Assembly: GCA_049287045.1 (NCBI GenBank)
Contig: JBAQFC010000001.1
Coordinates: 3,309 to 67,308 of the forward strand
Reading direction: 5' to 3'
DNA: 64,000 nt
Source: Minisyncoccia bacterium
GTDB lineage: Bacteria; Patescibacteriota; Minisyncoccia; Phycocordibacterales; UBA9973
The notes beneath the pieces were generated by a model. The model did not search any database, was not told the DNA's origin, and saw only the letters and a list, made by a program, of their open reading frames with translations. A program made the position numbers and the translations under genes. Shown piece after piece: positions 18,509 to 28,563 of this stretch; position 1 is the first letter of the stretch; each line of letters begins with the position of its first letter.

Positions 18509-19339
18509 ATGATTAAAGTTACCCAATCTAAAAAAATTAAGAAAAGTATTATCCTAGACAAAAAAGAAGGTGAGACTCCTCTACAATCGTTAGAAAAATT
18601 TCGTAACAAAAACCCAGAATACAAAAATGTATCGATGACTTACGCAGGAAGATTGGACCCAATGGCTTCAGGTTTGCTTTTGATATTGGCAGGAGAGGAA
18701 GTAAAGAAAAAAGAAAAGTATTTAGCACTACCAAAAGAGTATGAATTTGAAATTCTCTTTGGTTTTGCGACGGATACGTATGATATTTTGGGGAAAGTTT
18801 TGTCTTGCGTTAGGCAAGACCTAACGCAAGAGTCTGAAAGTAAAAAATTAAAAAAACTTATCCAACAAAACTTAAAATTTTTTACTGGGAAGTTTATTCA
18901 GAAATACCCACCGTATTCTTCAAAGCCAGTGAATGGGAAGCCGATGTTTGCGCATTCTCGAGCTGGCACTAAAGTAATAATTCCAGAAAGAGAAGTTTCT
19001 GTATCTAAGTTGGAGTTATTAAAAGTAAAAAAAATAAATAAAATAAAACTTTTAGAAAATATAGAAAAAAGAATTAACAAAGTTGATGGTCCTGCCCGCC
19101 CTCACGAAGGTTCGGGAGCAGGCGGGGATTTTCGTCAGAAAGAAATCATAAAAATTTGGCAGAAAGAATTAACGAGAAACAAAAAAAGTATTGAAAAGTT
19201 CTTGGTGGTAAAATTTAAAATTAAGTGTGGTAGTGGAACCTATGTGCGGGGGATAGCGAACTCATTGGGTGATAAGGTAGGTATACCAGCATTGGCTTTC
19301 TCTATAAAAAGGACAAAAATAGGAAAATGGACTAAATAG
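18509..19339 (+). CDS. truB: tRNA pseudouridine(55) synthase TruB-like
   Basis: ILDKKEGETP...GRLDPMASGLLLIL catalytic Asp motif; GTYVRGIA motif; start at second in-frame ATG. Confidence 0.7.
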   Translation: MIKVTQSKKIKKSIILDKKEGETPLQSLEKFRNKNPEYKNVSMTYAGRLDPMASGLLLILAGEEVKKKEKYLALPKEYEFEILFGFATDTYDILGKVLSCVRQDLTQESESKKLKKLIQQNLKFFTGKFIQKYPPYSSKPVNGKPMFAHSRAGTKVIIPEREVSVSKLELLKVKKINKIKLLENIEKRINKVDGPARPHEGSGAGGDFRQKEIIKIWQKELTRNKKSIEKFLVVKFKIKCGSGTYVRGIANSLGDKVGIPALAFSIKRTKIGKWTK

Positions 19340-19376
19340 TTTGTTTTTGACGGAATCTTATTCACATAATTATATA

Positions 19377-19385
19377 TGATATAAT
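19377..19385 (+). promoter_or_regulatory. extended -10 (TGATATAAT) ending 7 nt before the ATG at 19392: candidate leaderless transcript
   Basis: same TATATGATATAAT motif as at 3191 and 10796. Confidence 0.35.
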
Positions 19386-19391
19386 TACCGC

Positions 19392-19946
19392 ATGAATATG
19401 AACGATATTGAGAAAAAACCACCAATGAATGAGAAGGAAATGCTCAGTTTCTTATTACAGAATGGTTATATTAAAGAAATTGAGGAATACAATGATTCTA
19501 AAAAAGTCCTTCAAATTGATAATAAGGATTTTCCAGAAGAAATCTTGTGGAATATTGAAATTCTAAAAAAACTCGTTTCTTTGCCAATAATGTCTGATTC
19601 TATAGAAGAACTTGTCACAAATGAAGCACGAGGTAAGATTCGGAATGATCTTTATAAGAAAAATCCAGCCTTGAGTAATTTCTACAAAGACCACAATAAA
19701 TTACAATCCAGCTCTTTATTAACGATGCTTTTTATGGTTGATGAATATATAAGTAAGCATGTTAATCTTTCTGAAAAAATAAAAAATGAGCTTAAGAGAT
19801 TGAAGTTTGAATTCTCTGGTTTAGATGAAGAGACAATTTCTGCAAGGAGATATAAAAATGAACTCGATAATGCGAGGAAAATCGATTTAGCTAGACGGAT
19901 AACTAGTCTCGCTGAAGACGCTATTTTAGAGTCAGTAAAAAAATAA
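19392..19946 (+). CDS. hypothetical protein (184 aa)
   Basis: ORF only. Confidence 0.4.
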   Translation: MNMNDIEKKPPMNEKEMLSFLLQNGYIKEIEEYNDSKKVLQIDNKDFPEEILWNIEILKKLVSLPIMSDSIEELVTNEARGKIRNDLYKKNPALSNFYKDHNKLQSSSLLTMLFMVDEYISKHVNLSEKIKNELKRLKFEFSGLDEETISARRYKNELDNARKIDLARRITSLAEDAILESVKK

Positions 19947-19973
19947 TTTTACACTATAGTCATATCATAAAAT

Positions 19974-22952
19974 ATGAATAAATTTGAAGACGAATATAAA
20001 AATCTGAATAAAGCTCAAAAAGAAGCAGTGGATACTATTGATGGACCAGTGATGGTTGTGGCGGGTCCAGGTACAGGGAAGACTCAAATCCTAGCGCTTC
20101 GTATTGCAAATATCCTCACAAAAACAGACACTAAAGCTGATGGAATTTTATGTTTAACTTTTACGAATTCAGGAGTTTCTGCGATGAGAGAAAGACTTCG
20201 AAAATATATTGGTTCAACTGGTTCGAAAGTAAATATTTATACTTTTCATTCATTTGGCATGAAAATAATCGAAGAATTTTATTCTGTCCTCGATTTGGAT
20301 TTTGCACCGAAATTATTAGATGATACGGGTGGTATTGCTTTATGTGATGAAATTTTACATAACAATGATTGGGTTTACCTCCGTCCACGTTCGGATGCAT
20401 CTAAATATTTTAGAGATTTAAAATCTCTAATTTCATTATTAAAACGGGAGAGAATGGAGCCAGAAGATTTTTTAATAGAGATAGATCGCGATATTCAAAA
20501 TTTAAGAGAAAGCCCAGAAAGTATTTCTTCTAGAGGGGAGAGTAAAGGTCAGCTTAAAAAAGAAGTCTTGAAAAAAATAGAGAGCCTGGACCGAACTCGT
20601 GAAGTTGTAAAGTTTTTTGAACTTTATGAAGAATACAAAAAAGAAAAAAATGTTTTTGATTACGATGATGTACTAGTAAACTTGGTAAAAATAATTGAAG
20701 GTTCTGACGATGCGCGGGATTCTCTTCGTGAAAGATATTTATATATTTTAATAGACGAACACCAAGATTCAAGTGGTATTCAAAATGAATTTTTACAAAA
20801 AGTTTGGGGAGAGATTGAACAACCCAATATCTTTGTTGTGGGTGATGATCGCCAGCTTATATATGGCTTTGGAGGCGCGTCGTTGGCTTATTTTGAGGGT
20901 TTTAAGCATAGTTTCGGTAAGGCAAGGCTTATTACTCTAGTTGATAATTATCGTTCTACACAAGTGATTCTGGACTCCGCTCATATTCTTCTTCAAAGTT
21001 CTATTGTGGAGGAAAAATTAGTAAGTCATCACAAAGAAAATCACCCATTACATTTGATTGAAACTGATTATCCCAGAGATGAAATAATCGCTTGTGTTTT
21101 GGATATAAAAGAAAAAATTAAAAATGGGGTTGATGTAAATGATTGCGCTATATTGGTTCCTAAAAATTATCAAGTTCGTAGTGCTGTGACTGTTCTACGT
21201 GATATGGGTTTACCTGTATCTTCTTACGGTACACTAAATTTATTTTCTTCTTCAGAGACTATTTCTTTTTTAAGAGTTTTAAAAATAGTTTCTGATCCTT
21301 ACGATAATGTGTCTTTGGCTCAATCTTTTTTTGATCCACTTTCAAATATTTCACCTCTAGATGCTCACAAATTTATAAGAGAAGAAAATATGAAAAAGTT
21401 TTCTCTCATTAGTATCCAACAAGGAAAACAAACCTTAGACCTTTTTTTAGGGGAGTCAATAGTAGAATCTTGGGTTAAGAAACTGGTGTCATGGATAGAC
21501 AATTCAAAAGATTTAGGGGTTTATTCTCTCATTCAAAAAATCGGTGAAGAATTTTTATTAAATCAATCAAAAACACACGAAGAGTTGGTTTCCCGGGTGG
21601 AAATTATTCGTACGATTCTCCATCTTTCACTTTCACAAATAGAGAATAAAAAAAATCTTACTTTAAAGGACTTCTTGGATTTTATTGACCGTCTGGAATC
21701 TTATGACGAACATATCCCATTAGCTGTATTTTCTGCAGATGAAGGTGTTAAAGTTTTGACCCTTCATTCATCCAAGGGACTTGAATTTGATTCTGTTTGG
21801 ATAGCCCATATGAATGAAAATTCTTTTGGTGGTGGTAAACATCAAGGTTTTACATTACCTGAAAGAGTAGAGGCGAAAGTAGAAAAGAAAGATGAAGAAG
21901 TAATGAAACGACAATTATATGTCGCAATTACACGTGCTAAGCGTTTTTGTAGTTTGTCATACTCGCTTCATTCTTATACTGGAGCCACTTTGGAACTTGC
22001 TCATATTGTGGCAGATCTTCCAGAAGATGTCTTTGAAAAACAGACAAGCTCTGAGACAGAAAAATTGATATTAAAAAATGATCCAAAAGCATATATCGAA
22101 AAGAAACCAACAGAAATTAAAACAATAGATCGAATAGAGCTCGCTAGACTTGTTTCAAATGAATATAAAGAAAAAAATGTTTCAGTTTCATTATTAAATA
22201 ATTTCTTTGAGTGTCCTTGGAAATGGTATTTTAGAAATTTGTTGCAACTACCAGAACCCAAAAGTGAAAGTCTTGAATTTGGAAACGCTGTGCATGCATC
22301 CATTGATAAAATTTTAAAAAATAAAAATACTCCTTCTCAAAAAGAGATTGAGGAGATAGTTTTAGAGGTAGTTTTCAAAATAAATTTTGGTGATGAAAAA
22401 AAACAAGAGGCTATGAAAAAAGAAGTTTCAGGTGTTGTTTCTAAGTGGGTTAAAAATAGATTGTCAGAAATAAAAACAAACCGCGAGACCGAAAAAAGTG
22501 TTTCAGTCAAAGATGATAATTTTCCTCATCTAAATATTTATGGAAAGATTGATCTTCTGGAAAGACTCGATGCAGAAAATGTGCGAGTTACAGATTTTAA
22601 AACAGGAACACCAAAGAAAAAATCTGATATAGAAAAGAGAGATGAAGAAAATAGAATGAGTGGGTATTTGCGACAACTAGCGATGTACTCATATCTTCTT
22701 GGGATGAGTTCTAACTGGAAAATAGATGTGCGTGAAAGTCGTCTTGAATTTTTAGAAGCAAAAGATTCAAAGGAAAACTTCTATGATAAGACAATAACTC
22801 GCGATGAAATAAATCTTTTAGTTCAAGATATAAAAGATTATGATGAGCTCCTTAAAAAAGGTGAGTGGTTAGATCGTCCTTGTAACTATAACTCTTATGG
22901 TAAACACACTGAATGTGAATATTGTAAACGAGCAGTAATTTATGGAAAATAA
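19974..22952 (+). CDS. UvrD/PcrA-family helicase fused to a C-terminal PD-(D/E)xK (RecB/Cas4-like) nuclease with 4-Cys Fe-S motif (AddA/AddB-like single polypeptide)
   Basis: Walker A VAGPGTGKTQIL, UvrD motifs; C-terminal C-x...GNAVHA, DFKTG (DxK), QLAMYSYLL, C-x8-C-x2-C. Confidence 0.8.
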   Translation: MNKFEDEYKNLNKAQKEAVDTIDGPVMVVAGPGTGKTQILALRIANILTKTDTKADGILCLTFTNSGVSAMRERLRKYIGSTGSKVNIYTFHSFGMKIIEEFYSVLDLDFAPKLLDDTGGIALCDEILHNNDWVYLRPRSDASKYFRDLKSLISLLKRERMEPEDFLIEIDRDIQNLRESPESISSRGESKGQLKKEVLKKIESLDRTREVVKFFELYEEYKKEKNVFDYDDVLVNLVKIIEGSDDARDSLRERYLYILIDEHQDSSGIQNEFLQKVWGEIEQPNIFVVGDDRQLIYGFGGASLAYFEGFKHSFGKARLITLVDNYRSTQVILDSAHILLQSSIVEEKLVSHHKENHPLHLIETDYPRDEIIACVLDIKEKIKNGVDVNDCAILVPKNYQVRSAVTVLRDMGLPVSSYGTLNLFSSSETISFLRVLKIVSDPYDNVSLAQSFFDPLSNISPLDAHKFIREENMKKFSLISIQQGKQTLDLFLGESIVESWVKKLVSWIDNSKDLGVYSLIQKIGEEFLLNQSKTHEELVSRVEIIRTILHLSLSQIENKKNLTLKDFLDFIDRLESYDEHIPLAVFSADEGVKVLTLHSSKGLEFDSVWIAHMNENSFGGGKHQGFTLPERVEAKVEKKDEEVMKRQLYVAITRAKRFCSLSYSLHSYTGATLELAHIVADLPEDVFEKQTSSETEKLILKNDPKAYIEKKPTEIKTIDRIELARLVSNEYKEKNVSVSLLNNFFECPWKWYFRNLLQLPEPKSESLEFGNAVHASIDKILKNKNTPSQKEIEEIVLEVVFKINFGDEKKQEAMKKEVSGVVSKWVKNRLSEIKTNRETEKSVSVKDDNFPHLNIYGKIDLLERLDAENVRVTDFKTGTPKKKSDIEKRDEENRMSGYLRQLAMYSYLLGMSSNWKIDVRESRLEFLEAKDSKENFYDKTITRDEINLLVQDIKDYDELLKKGEWLDRPCNYNSYGKHTECEYCKRAVIYGK

Positions 22953-23084
22953 ATTTTTTTAAAAACCTGGCCCATTGTCTATCCAAGCTAAATAAAGACC
23001 CAAAAGAGAAAATATGGTTGCTGAAATGATTAAAATCAAGTACGTTCTTTTCATTTTCTAATTGTAGCATTTTTCCAAATAATT

Positions 23085-24155
23085 TTGGAAAGGCTTATTA
23101 TGGTGTATAATAATGAGTATATGCAGACTAAAATCATTGAAAGATACTTTTTTTTCAGCCTTCTTTTCGTTGCGACTGTCTTTGTGCTTTTTATTTTTCT
23201 ACCATTTTTATTTTCACTCGTAGTAGGAGCTTCTTTGGCTGTCGTTCTTTATCCCGTATATGTGTGGTTCAAAAATAGAAAATTTCCTAGTTGGCTCGCT
23301 TCACTTTCTGTTGTCTTTCTTTTTATTGTTGTATTGTGCGGACCTCTTTTGGGTATTGGTGCAATAGTATTTAATCAGTCTCAAGACGCGTATCATTCTA
23401 TTGTTGTTGAAGGAAATGTTGGGCCGTTTATTGATTCGATAAATCGTTCAGTAAATTCAATATTACCTCAGGGGTTTGAATTGGATACCAATAAAAGGGT
23501 ATCAGAATTTGTCTCTTTTTTATCTAATAATATTGCTAATGTATTTAACTCCACTCTTTCTGCTCTTTTTTCTTTTATTCTCACACTTGTTGCTCTTTTC
23601 TACTTTTTAAAAGATGGAGCAAGATGGAGAAAAGCTATAGTTGTCTTATCTCCACTTTCAGATGTTGACGATGAAAAAATAATTAAAAGACTTTCTTCTT
23701 CAGTTAGTGGAATAATAAAAGGTTCTCTTTTTATTGGAGTAATACAAGGACTATTGGTTGGGGTAGGTTTTGCAATATTTGGAGTACCTAATCCTGCTTT
23801 TTGGGGAGTAGTAGCAGCGGTGGCTTCACTTGCTCCAAATTTAGGAACAGCTCTTGTTTCTGCTCCAGCTATTATTTATTTGTTTATATCAGGTGACACT
23901 GCAAACGCAATAGGTCTCTTGGTCTGGTCCTCATTAATTGTCGGAATGATTGATAATTTATTAAGCCCTTTTATTCTTGGAAAAGAGGTTAGCCTCCCTC
24001 CATTTTTAGTTCTGTTTTCTGTTTTGGGAGGTATCTCTCTTTTGGGTCCTGTTGGTCTTCTTATTGGACCTCTTTCAGTGAGTTTACTTTACGCTCTTAT
24101 TTCTATTTATAGAACAGATTTCAAATCAAAAGATATTGGAATAATTACTAAATAA
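23085..24155 (+). CDS. AI-2E family transporter (PerM/UPF0118)
   Basis: eight TM helices; FLPFLFSLVVGASLAV and C-terminal G-rich TM pattern typical of AI-2E. Confidence 0.65.
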   Translation: MERLIMVYNNEYMQTKIIERYFFFSLLFVATVFVLFIFLPFLFSLVVGASLAVVLYPVYVWFKNRKFPSWLASLSVVFLFIVVLCGPLLGIGAIVFNQSQDAYHSIVVEGNVGPFIDSINRSVNSILPQGFELDTNKRVSEFVSFLSNNIANVFNSTLSALFSFILTLVALFYFLKDGARWRKAIVVLSPLSDVDDEKIIKRLSSSVSGIIKGSLFIGVIQGLLVGVGFAIFGVPNPAFWGVVAAVASLAPNLGTALVSAPAIIYLFISGDTANAIGLLVWSSLIVGMIDNLLSPFILGKEVSLPPFLVLFSVLGGISLLGPVGLLIGPLSVSLLYALISIYRTDFKSKDIGIITK

Positions 24156-24188
24156 ATATTGAAGAAAGAAAAATATTAAAATACACTT

Positions 24189-24818
24189 ATGCATATTTAT
24201 GATTTTTTAATTAACAATATTCTTCCTAAATTTGAAAGCTTTGGATATTGGGGTTATGCAATATCATTTACGATAGCATTTTTGGAATCAATTGCATTTA
24301 TTGGTGCAATTTTACCAGGTTCAACAGTAATTGTAATAATAGGTTTTCTTTCTTCTCAGGGCATATTAAATATTTGGAATCTTTTGTGGATAGCTGCTCT
24401 GGGGGCTATGACAGGAGATTGTGTTAGTTATTATCTTGGGACTAAGGGTAAAAGATTTTTTCCAGGAGAAGGTAGGTTATTAAAAAGAGATCATCTTGAA
24501 AGAGCAGAATATTTTTTTAAGAAACATGGTGGAAAGAGTATTTTTCTTGCACGTTTTATTGGACCTCTTCGACCAATAGTTCCTTTTGTTGCAGGATTTT
24601 CAAAAATGAACCTTAAAACTTTTTTATTTTGGAATTTATCCAGTGCTGTTTTATGGGCAGTTTCACATCTTGTTTTAGGATATTTCCTTGGAAGTGCTAT
24701 AGGTAAAATAGCATTTTGGTCAAAATGGGTTAGTATAATAGGTGGAATAATATTTATATCTATTATTACCTGGTTTATTTCTCGTTCAACTAAAGCTTCT
24801 GTTCTAAAAGAATATTAA
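24189..24818 (+). CDS. DedA/VTT-family membrane protein
   Basis: WGYAISFTIAFLESIAFIGAILPG motif. Confidence 0.75.
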   Translation: MHIYDFLINNILPKFESFGYWGYAISFTIAFLESIAFIGAILPGSTVIVIIGFLSSQGILNIWNLLWIAALGAMTGDCVSYYLGTKGKRFFPGEGRLLKRDHLERAEYFFKKHGGKSIFLARFIGPLRPIVPFVAGFSKMNLKTFLFWNLSSAVLWAVSHLVLGYFLGSAIGKIAFWSKWVSIIGGIIFISIITWFISRSTKASVLKEY

Positions 24819-24941
24819 GGGGGATTTTTTTTATATTCACTGAATGTGGATTTGATTTTCTTAGTATAATAAAAAGAAGATTAGCCCAATTGAGGCAAAT
24901 TTGTTAAAATAACTTTATTAAAAGTTTTAATTTATTAAAAT

Positions 24942-25202
24942 ATGGCAAATGTAGATATTCACGGTTTTAAGGTAAATTATGATGATAATAGCCATACTTT
25001 AAGGACTGCAGTGCATTACTTGGGAGATAAACTTGATAAATCTGAGGCAGAGGTTTTTTTTGATGTAGCACGTAGGGATAGAATAAACCACAAAAGTCAT
25101 CTTCAAGTTCGCGACCCCGAGACTGGTGTAAATCACGATTTAACACTGACTTACGACGAGAGTGAAGGGTGTTATTTTTTAAAAAAGAGATTAATTCATT
25201 AA
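24942..25202 (+). CDS. small hypothetical protein (86 aa)
   Basis: ORF only. Confidence 0.3.
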   Translation: MANVDIHGFKVNYDDNSHTLRTAVHYLGDKLDKSEAEVFFDVARRDRINHKSHLQVRDPETGVNHDLTLTYDESEGCYFLKKRLIH

Positions 25203-25221
25203 TAATAAATATAATATTAAT

Positions 25222-26425
25222 TATGACTAGTTTAGAAAAAGCAAAATTAGAAGTTCCAAAAGAAAACCCAAATTTACCAATGCAACTTAAATTTGAGGTA
25301 TCTTCTTCTGAAGTAATAGAAAAACTTTTATCTGTAAAAGATTTAACTTTGTCTACAGAAGATGGTGAGTACAGAAATATAATAGGAAAGGTTTACGATC
25401 AAGTTATAAAAAAGTTAGATGAGCATAATTTTCCTGATGTCCATGTTGTAAGAGGTAGTCCTATTGTTCTAGCAGTAGATAATTTTGACAGTCTTTTATT
25501 TTCTCCTGGGAATCCAGGCAGATCTTCTACTTATACTAGATACACAGACGAAGATCATGTACTTAGAACTCACACATCTGCATTAATTCCATCAACTTTT
25601 AAAAATTTTGAAAAAAGCAATATTGATCGCTCAACATTCGTGCTTCCTGGTTTGGTGTACAGACGAGATGTTATTGACCCTAGGCATTTAGATGTTTTTC
25701 ATCAGATAGATATTTGGACTTTACAAGACAATAAAAAATATGGAAAAGTTGGTAGAGAAAATTTACTGGAATTAGCTAGGACTGTTTTTGAGGCTGCCTG
25801 CCCAGATGCTGAGATGATTGTATATGAAGCTAAACATCCTTATACAGTTGACGGTATAGAAGTTTATGCGAAGGTTGATGATAAAGAGATAGAAGTTTTT
25901 GAGGCAGGACTTGCTCATCCAGATGTATTAATAAATTGCGGAATAAACCCAGAGCAATATTCAGGGTTGGCCTTAGGTATGGGGGTAGAGAGATTGATTA
26001 TGGCAAGAAAAAATTTGCCAGACATTAGGCTTATAAGATCTGTTGATTCACGAATTATTAAACAAATGACCAACATGGAGAAGTTTAAAAATGTTTCTGA
26101 TCAACCTGCGATATCTCGTGATATGTCTTATATTGTTAATAAAGATGATACAGAAGAAGATCTTTGTGAAGACATAAGGAATGTCTTTGGTGACCAGAGT
26201 GATTTATTGGAAGAAGTTAAGATTTTGGAAAGAACTTCATACGAAAACTTACATCCTGTTGCAAGAGAAAAACTTGGAGCAAAAGAAGGTCAAGATAATG
26301 TATTAGTACGAATTATATTGAGACATCCTGATAAAACCTTAACCAAGAAAGAGGCTGCAGAATTGTACGAAATCGCATATCCCAAGCTCCACAAAGGTGC
26401 TACAAAAGGGTATGAAGTTAAGTAG
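25222..26425 (+). CDS. pheS: monomeric mitochondrial-type phenylalanine--tRNA ligase (PheS-like class II core fused to a C-terminal FDX-ACB anticodon-binding domain)
   Basis: NFDSLLFSPGNPGR, LRTHTSA, GLVYRRDVIDPRHLDVFHQID, GLALGMGVERLIMARKNLPDIRL; C-terminal ISRDMSY...RTSYENLHPV...KTLTKKEA (FDX-ACB pattern); no pheT nearby. Confidence 0.8.
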
Positions 26426-26450
26426 TTTTCTGCTATAATATCGATACTTT

Positions 26451-28505
26451 ATGGCAAAAGAAAAAGAAGAAAAAAAGCAGAAATACGGTGCGGAACAGAT
26501 TTCCATTTTGGAAGGTCTAGAACCTGTACGTAAGCGTCCTGGAATGTACATCGGTACTACTGGTCCTGAAGGACTTCACCATCTTGTATGGGAAATTTTT
26601 GATAACTCACGCGATGAAGCGATGGGAGGGTTTTGTGATGATATTGAAGTAGTTTTGCTTCCTGGTAATCGTATTCGTGTTGCCGACAATGGCCGCGGAA
26701 TCCCGACCGACATCCACCCAAAATCAAAAGTATCAGCTCTTGAGACTGTTATGACAACTCTTCATGCTGGAGGAAAATTCGGTGGAGAAGATTCTGGTTA
26801 CAAAGTTTCTGGAGGTCTGCACGGAGTGGGTGCTTCTGTTGTGAATGCTTTATCTGTTTATACGAAAGCAGAAGTTCACCATGATGGAGGAAAGTTTATG
26901 CAGGAATACAGTCAGGGAAAGAAAAAAGCTCCTGTTAAAAAAGTGGGCACTTCAAAGAAAAGTGGAACCATTATTACTTTCGAACCAGACATAGAAATCT
27001 TTAAAGAGGGTATCAAGTTTAGTTGGGACACTGTTGTAAACCACATTCGTCAGCAAGCGTATCTAGTTAAAGGTTTAAAAATATTAATTGTTGATGCACG
27101 TGGTTATGAAGGAAAAATAGATGATTCAGATATTTTCTATTTTAGAGAATTAGAACTCGAGCTTCCTTCTGTCGCTTTTTATTTCGAAGGCGGACTTACT
27201 TCACTTATTAAATATTATAATAAATTTCAAAAGCCGATTCACACTAATATTTTTTATATTGAAAAAGAATTGGATAGTGTCGGTGTAGAAATAGCTCTTC
27301 AGTATGTAGATGATATCTCTGATAGAATAATTCCTTTCGCGAACAATATTCACACACCTGAAGGCGGTACTCATATTACTGGTTTTAAAACAGCACTCAC
27401 TCGTACCCTCAATACTTACTGTAAGAAAAATGAAATGATGAAAGAGGCTGAAGGAGGATTTACTGGAGATGATGTCTTGGAAGGTCTTACAGTTGTCGTT
27501 TCAGTTAAGCTTCGTGAAATTCAATTTGAAGGACAGACGAAGGCCAAACTGGGCTCTATGGAGGCTCAAGGTGCCGTAGCGACCGTCTTTGGTGAAGCTT
27601 TTGCTTCATTTCTAGAAGAAAACCCTGATGATTCTAAATCTATAATCAACAAGTCAATTCTAGCCCTCAAGGCCCGCAAGGCTGCCAAGGCAGCCAAGGA
27701 TTCTGTTTTGCGTAAAGGTGCCCTAGAAGGTATGACTTTGCCTGGAAAATTGGCAGACTGTCAGAGTAAGAGCGCGGAAGAATCAGAACTCTTCCTTGTA
27801 GAGGGAGATTCTGCGGGAGGTTCAGCCAAACAAGGACGAGACAGACGTACTCAAGCGATCCTCCCTTTGAAGGGAAAAATCTTGAATGTCGAAAGAGCTC
27901 GTATCGACAAGATGCTTGCTTCAAAAGAAATAAAATCTTTGGTTATTGCGATGGGTGCTTCAATCGGTGATACTTTTGATCTTTCCAAAATGCGTTATCA
28001 TAAGATAATTATCGCGACAGATGCCGACGTGGACGGAGCCCACATTCGTACGCTTCTTCTGACACTTTTCTATCGTTACTTCCGACAGGTGATAGATGCA
28101 GGGTATATATATATTGCCCAACCTCCACTTTATAAGATTAAAAAAGGAAAACAGATCAATTACGCTTACTCGGATGAAGAAAGAATTAAATTTGCAGGTG
28201 AAGCTGATGTTGAGATAGAAAATTTAGAAGATGAAGTTGTTGCTCCAGAAGGAGAAGAGACAGAAGAAGAAATAAAAAAGAAATCTACTAAAGTACATAT
28301 CCAGCGTTACAAGGGTCTCGGAGAAATGAATCCTGAAGAGCTTTGGGAGACAACCATGGACCCAGCTCATCGTATCGTTAAAAAGGTGAATATTGAAGAT
28401 GCAGAAGAAGCCAATAAAATATTTGATATTCTTATGGGTTCCGAAGTCCCTCCACGTAAGTCATTCATTCAGTCGAATGCTAAGCTTGCAGAGATTGATC
28501 TATAA
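26451..28505 (+). CDS. gyrB: DNA gyrase subunit B (short form, no large insert)
   Basis: GHKL ATPase motifs, Toprim LFLVEGDSAGGSAKQGRDR, C-terminal tail QRYKGLGEM. Confidence 0.85.
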   Translation: MAKEKEEKKQKYGAEQISILEGLEPVRKRPGMYIGTTGPEGLHHLVWEIFDNSRDEAMGGFCDDIEVVLLPGNRIRVADNGRGIPTDIHPKSKVSALETVMTTLHAGGKFGGEDSGYKVSGGLHGVGASVVNALSVYTKAEVHHDGGKFMQEYSQGKKKAPVKKVGTSKKSGTIITFEPDIEIFKEGIKFSWDTVVNHIRQQAYLVKGLKILIVDARGYEGKIDDSDIFYFRELELELPSVAFYFEGGLTSLIKYYNKFQKPIHTNIFYIEKELDSVGVEIALQYVDDISDRIIPFANNIHTPEGGTHITGFKTALTRTLNTYCKKNEMMKEAEGGFTGDDVLEGLTVVVSVKLREIQFEGQTKAKLGSMEAQGAVATVFGEAFASFLEENPDDSKSIINKSILALKARKAAKAAKDSVLRKGALEGMTLPGKLADCQSKSAEESELFLVEGDSAGGSAKQGRDRRTQAILPLKGKILNVERARIDKMLASKEIKSLVIAMGASIGDTFDLSKMRYHKIIIATDADVDGAHIRTLLLTLFYRYFRQVIDAGYIYIAQPPLYKIKKGKQINYAYSDEERIKFAGEADVEIENLEDEVVAPEGEETEEEIKKKSTKVHIQRYKGLGEMNPEELWETTMDPAHRIVKKVNIEDAEEANKIFDILMGSEVPPRKSFIQSNAKLAEIDL

Positions 28506-28517
28506 TAAAATATAAAA

Positions 28518-28551
28518 CAAAAAGCCCGCGACCAAGGTCGCGGGCTTTTTG
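28518..28551. terminator. bidirectional terminator (agcccgcgacc-aa-ggtcgcgggct plus T5) between gyrB and thrS
   Basis: 11-bp GC-rich stem flanked by A and T runs. Confidence 0.7.
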
Positions 28552-28563
28552 TTTATATTTGTT

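Noticed and set aside
23085-24155. Upstream extension of the AI-2E transporter ORF (MERLIMVYNNEYMQTK...)
   Set aside because: The true start may be a downstream Met. This cannot be resolved from sequence alone, so the track coordinates were kept.
25222-26425. Pyrrolysyl-tRNA synthetase or SepRS as alternatives for the PheS-like gene
   Set aside because: The LRTHTSA motif, the motif 2/3 spacing and a clear FDX-ACB C-terminal domain match monomeric PheRS (FARS2) rather than PylS or SepRS.
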